A stretch of 64,000 nt of DNA from Malacoraja senta (taxonomy: Eukaryota): contig CM075990.1 in NCBI GenBank assembly GCA_038087875.1, forward strand, positions 12,774,001 through 12,838,000, read 5' to 3'. The notes under the pieces are model-generated. The model saw only the letters and a program-made list of their open reading frames with translations. It made no database searches and was not told the DNA's origin. Both the position numbers and the translations under genes were made by a program. This document shows, piece after piece, positions 60,130 to 64,000 of the stretch (position 1 is its first letter; each line of letters starts with the position of its first letter).

Positions 60130-60843
60130 CCCAAGACGCAACTATAACACACTCTTTTGTTTCTTGTATAAAACTTCATGGATTTTGGAGTGATATTTTC
60201 GAAATATTCACAAAATTATTTAAGACAAAAGTGGAACCCAATAATGAATTGATTATATTTGGGGTAATGGAAGATGGGAACAAATTGAACCCATCTCAAA
60301 AATTATTTTTTAATTATGGTTTAATAATAGCAAAAAAATTAATATTGAAATTTTGGAAAAATACACCAATACCAACGCTCAAAATGTGGATTGCAAGTAT
60401 GTTGGATACCGCACATTTTGAGGAAATGCGATTCCTCCTAATAGATAAATTTGACCAATTCATAACGAGTTGGTCTCCATTTGTCGTCTTTTTGGAAACA
60501 TATGGTGCAACACAATTGTAAAAGCTAATCCGTGACTGGGTGAGAAATGGTCAAGATTATAAATACGATCTCCTTACTTCTCTTTTCTTTTTCTTCTCTT
60601 TTCTTCTTTTACTCTTTTTCTTCTATTTTCTATTTCTTAACTTTCTTTTTCACTCTCTATTTTTCTTTTTCACACACTATATATCTCACATTTTTCTATT
60701 CTTCATTGTCTAATTTCTTTTTATTTTTCTTCTTTATAACAAAATTAAAAAAATAAGAAGCTGTACATAAAATGTATTATGAAAATATGATTGTATACAA
60801 TTGTACTTCTAATAAAAATAAATAATAAAAATAAAAAATAAAA
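60130..60843 (+). mobile_element. 5'-truncated L1-clade LINE (ORF2 C-terminus, 3' UTR, A-rich tail)
   Basis: H.F..C.KL..FW...AKKLILKFWK; 18-bp TSD AAAACAGGTTGTGTATAA at 60112-60129 and 60844-60861. Confidence 0.9.
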
Positions 60844-61074
60844 AAAACAGGTTGTGTATAATATGAAAGGAATTAGCAATAAAATGAGTATGTTGGTATG
60901 TCGGTACTCTGTATAGTGTAAGCAGCTATGGTTAGTGGAGATAATTAGTGCAGTGAAAGTGTATTTTTAGTACGGTTGTACTGGGGATTTGTACAGTGAA
61001 AGTATACATCCAGGAAGGTTTGTGTGCAATGAGTCAGTGTGTACTTGTTCCCTGTGGAGTGAAGGGATTTGTAC

Positions 61075-61184
61075 CTGATATTCCATTGGCACCAGAAACT
61101 CCACCGCTGCATGCTGTAGTTCAGGCCGATTGTATGGATTTGAGGGACTGCCAGTCATGGAGTCAAAGAGGAAATTCCCAGGAA
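61075..61184 (-). CDS. SEC24A/B-like COPII cargo adaptor, first exon in window (VPGNFLFDSMTG...RPELQHAAVEFLVPMEYQ)
   Basis: Resembles the SEC24A/B segment after the zinc finger (RPE..ATIEF.AP.EY); ttccAG acceptor, CAG|GTAC donor; 110 nt. Confidence 0.9.
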
Positions 61185-61224
61185 CTGGAAGGAGAGAGAA
61201 CATGGGTCATGAACTCTTTACATG

Positions 61225-61527
61225 TTAGACTTTTGAGATACAGCGTAGAAACAGGCCCTTTGGCCGCTGAGTCCCTGCCAACCTGCGATCACCCCGTGCA
61301 TTAACACGATCCTACAATTAGGGACACTAGGGACAATTTACAGAAGCCAATTAACCTACAAACCAGTATGTCTATGGAGTGTGGAAGGAAACCGGAGCAC
61401 CCGGAGGAAACCCACACTGTCACAGGAAGAACGTGCAAACTCCGTACAGGCAGCACCCGTAGTCAGGATGGAATCCGGATCTGTGGTGCTGTAAGGCAGC
61501 AACTCTACCACTGAGCCACTGTGCTGC
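61225..61527 (-). mobile_element. tRNA-derived V-SINE (HE1-like)
   Basis: Reverse complement of the same family. Confidence 0.85.
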
Positions 61528-62242
61528 TCCAAATTAGACTCTAATTAATCCAGATTCTCTTGTCAAAACTTTTCCACCAATGCCCCAGTCCATGCCAACC
61601 TTCTGAATGACCAGCTATGCAGACTACAGGTTTTACAATCTTCACACATGACAATAAATGTCTCTGCAACCATCTCCTCTCCTGGCCTCCAGTTTTCCAC
61701 TCTTGCTGCATACTCTCACTGCCTTCCACTGCGTGCCCAACAGCACAAGTGTTCCAGGCATCATTTCATGCATCTGCTTCAGGCCGTCCATCTCGTTCCA
61801 CCTTTCCCGTCCTGCAGAGACCCCCATAAACCAACACTTCTGCTGCGCTAGACACATTCTCAGATCCCGACAGGGTTTGTGACGGTAACATAGACGGCTG
61901 AAGACAGGAAGCCAAAAGCAAGTTTTAATCTTCAGGATATTTATAAGCGATCACGAAACTCTAGCTTCCAATTCCTATCAGTAACTAGAGCCCCACTCCG
62001 AGATGGCAAGCTGGGGTACTCATGCATCACTTAAATGAGACCCACACCACCCTGGCCACGCACTCATATATATAAGAAAGTCAAGAGTGTTTTATTGTCA
62101 TATGTCCCAGATAGAACAATGAAATTCTTACTTGCAGCAGCACAACAGAATATGGTAAACATAGTACACTGTGAACAATATCATAAACGAGAGAAAAAGG
62201 AAAAGTTCAGTCTGTGTATAGATACACATACTCACAAATACA

Positions 62243-62279
62243 CATATATATATATAGATCATATATATATATATATATA
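62243..62279. repeat. Interrupted (TA)n microsatellite
   Basis: Direct inspection. Confidence 0.9.
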
Positions 62280-62809
62280 CAGTGCGTTATGTTTTAAATT
62301 TCTGTTGTGCTGCTCAAATAAGAATTCTATCGTTCTATCTGGGGACACATGACAATAAAACACTCTTGACTCTTGAAAACACCACTCAGGATAAAGGCCA
62401 GGGGTGATGCTGCTCCAAGACCACATTGCTATCCAGGACAGGGAATTCTGACCATTTCTGGCACTGGACAAGATAGTGAACTTTGGGTTGAAATGAGGCA
62501 GGAAAATCACTATCAAATGCCTGATGTGCTTGGCCCATGAAGCCTTATATTACTGGGCTGTTCAATACATTTGGTTATCAATCTTTTCACTACCAAACGA
62601 TATCAGCCATGATCACATTGAATGGCGGTGCTGGCTTGAAGGGCCGAAGGGCCTACTCCTGCACCTATTGTCTATTGTCCCAAAGTAAAGAATATTTTCT
62701 CAAGTCTATACACTGTGACGATGTAGGAAACCGTATCTGGTTTGCATAAACGAAGCTTCCACAAAAGTTATGAGGTGATTTTTCAGTGACTTTGTGTTGA
62801 GGAAATGAT

Positions 62810-63005
62810 ATTGGCCCTGGACATGGGTAGAACTACTGTATTGTTTTTCCAAATAATACTTTGGGATCGTTTGTGTCTAACTGTGAGGGTTAGTGGGACC
62901 ATAGTTTACATCTTAATTGAAAGATAGTTGCAGCACTCCCTCTTCACTGGAAGTCTAAGCCTAGATTCCCCGAATGCTTCAATTCATGCCTCTTCAGCTC
63001 AGAAG
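62810..63005 (-). mobile_element. Ancient, highly diverged DeuSINE-like fragment (similar remnants near 30-120, 12380-12560 and 30060-30230)
   Basis: Recognised from memory by GAGGGAGTGCTGCA-type motifs; low identity. Confidence 0.4.
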
Positions 63006-63114
63006 TCAAAGTAATAACCTTTTTGTTATACTTAACCAACTAAAATAAAGCTGTATTAACTGTAATTTGTTCTTTAGGCGGGAACAGGTTATATTAAGTA
63101 ACTGAAAACTGTAA

Positions 63115-63297
63115 AGGTCCTGTCCCACTTGGGTGTCATTTGCGCGTCACGCAGATGGCGCACGAAGATTTTGTACATTCCAAACTCCTGGGGCGCCGCA
63201 CGTGACCGCACGTCATTGGCTACGTCACCACGCACCATGCGCGCGTCACGACGCGTAAATTATGTCGCGTAAATGACGCCCAAGTGGGGCAGGCCCT
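63115..63297. mobile_element. PIF/Harbinger-type MITE
   Basis: TIRs AGGTCCTGTCCCACTTGGG / CCCAAGTGGGGCAGGCCCT; TAA TSD. Confidence 0.88.
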
Positions 63298-63599
63298 TAA
63301 CTGTCCAGGTTCAGGAACAGCTTCTTTCCTACTGCCATTAATTAAAAAGATGAATTGTCAATACACTGCTGCAAGTGCAGCCAAGAAATAAATAAATCAT
63401 AAGAGCTTCCCAGTTCGATGAGTTTGAGGGGAGGCAGGTTGGGCAGGGTTTGGGTGGGAGTGTATCTGTTAAAACTGTCCACTGCTGCTGATGTTAAAAT
63501 GAGTGTGACCAATTACGCCCCAGGTCATTCCCTCCTGTCCCCTCCCCCATCGGACAGCAGATACAAAAACTTGAAAGTACCAGATTCAGGGACGACTTC

Positions 63600-64000
63600 T
63601 TTCCCATTGTGCCGCTCTAGATACAAGAAAGATGTGGAGGTTGAGAGAGGGTGCTGAAGAGGTTTATCAGAATGTTGCCTGGATTAGAGGCTATTGGCTA
63701 TAAGGAGAGGCTGGACAGAATTGGATTGTAGCGTCGGAGGTTGAGGGAAGTATCTAAAATTACAAGAGGCTTAGGGTAGACATCAGAACCTTTTCCCCAA
63801 AATGGAAATGTCAAAGCCTAGAAGGAAGGCATCTAGGTGAGAGTGGCAAAGCCAAGGAGATGTGCAGGACAAGTTTTTTTTACAGGGTCCCTGAAAATCA
63901 CTACCAAGGGTGATGGAGTCAGATATAATGGTGACATTTAAGAGGCGTTTGGACAGGCACATCATGTTCAGCATGGATATTGTAGGCCAAAGGGCCTTTT
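63600..64000 (+). mobile_element. Decayed CR1 3' fragment
   Basis: Resembles the other CR1 3' ends in the window. Confidence 0.7.

Noticed and set aside
61185..64000. Upstream SEC24 zinc-finger exon (CxxC...CxxC)
   Set aside because: Not found in the window; it presumably lies beyond position 64000.

Overview
Vertebrate genomic DNA, most likely a cartilaginous fish (skate/ray-like), judged from the repeat content: HE1-type V-SINEs, CR1/HER1-type LINEs, Penelope-like elements and Rex1/Babar LINEs. Two spliced genes lie in tandem on the minus strand. (1) The last 15 coding exons (61184 to 33633, about 636 aa) of an intact but strongly diverged SEC24A/B-type COPII cargo adaptor; its 5' exons lie beyond the right edge. 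(2) A CpG-island promoter and coding exons 1-6 (24775 to 544) of an hnRNP D/DL/AB-family two-RRM protein; its last coding exon lies beyond the left edge. All exon boundaries were read by hand, are GT-AG and are phase-consistent. Neither gene matches a single named human paralog cleanly. Most notable: a 1.9-kb triple-nested insertion whose 14-bp target-site duplication copies the SEC24-like stop codon and an AG|GT site, so it could be spliced out precisely as a new intron; loss of the Sec22-binding arginine in the SEC24-like protein; many Penelope-borne minimal hammerhead ribozyme motifs; a partial duplicate exon; and a promoter built from tandem CCAAT/GC-box modules. Comparisons with human proteins are from memory and need alignment. 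Repeat boundaries are approximate unless a TSD is given.
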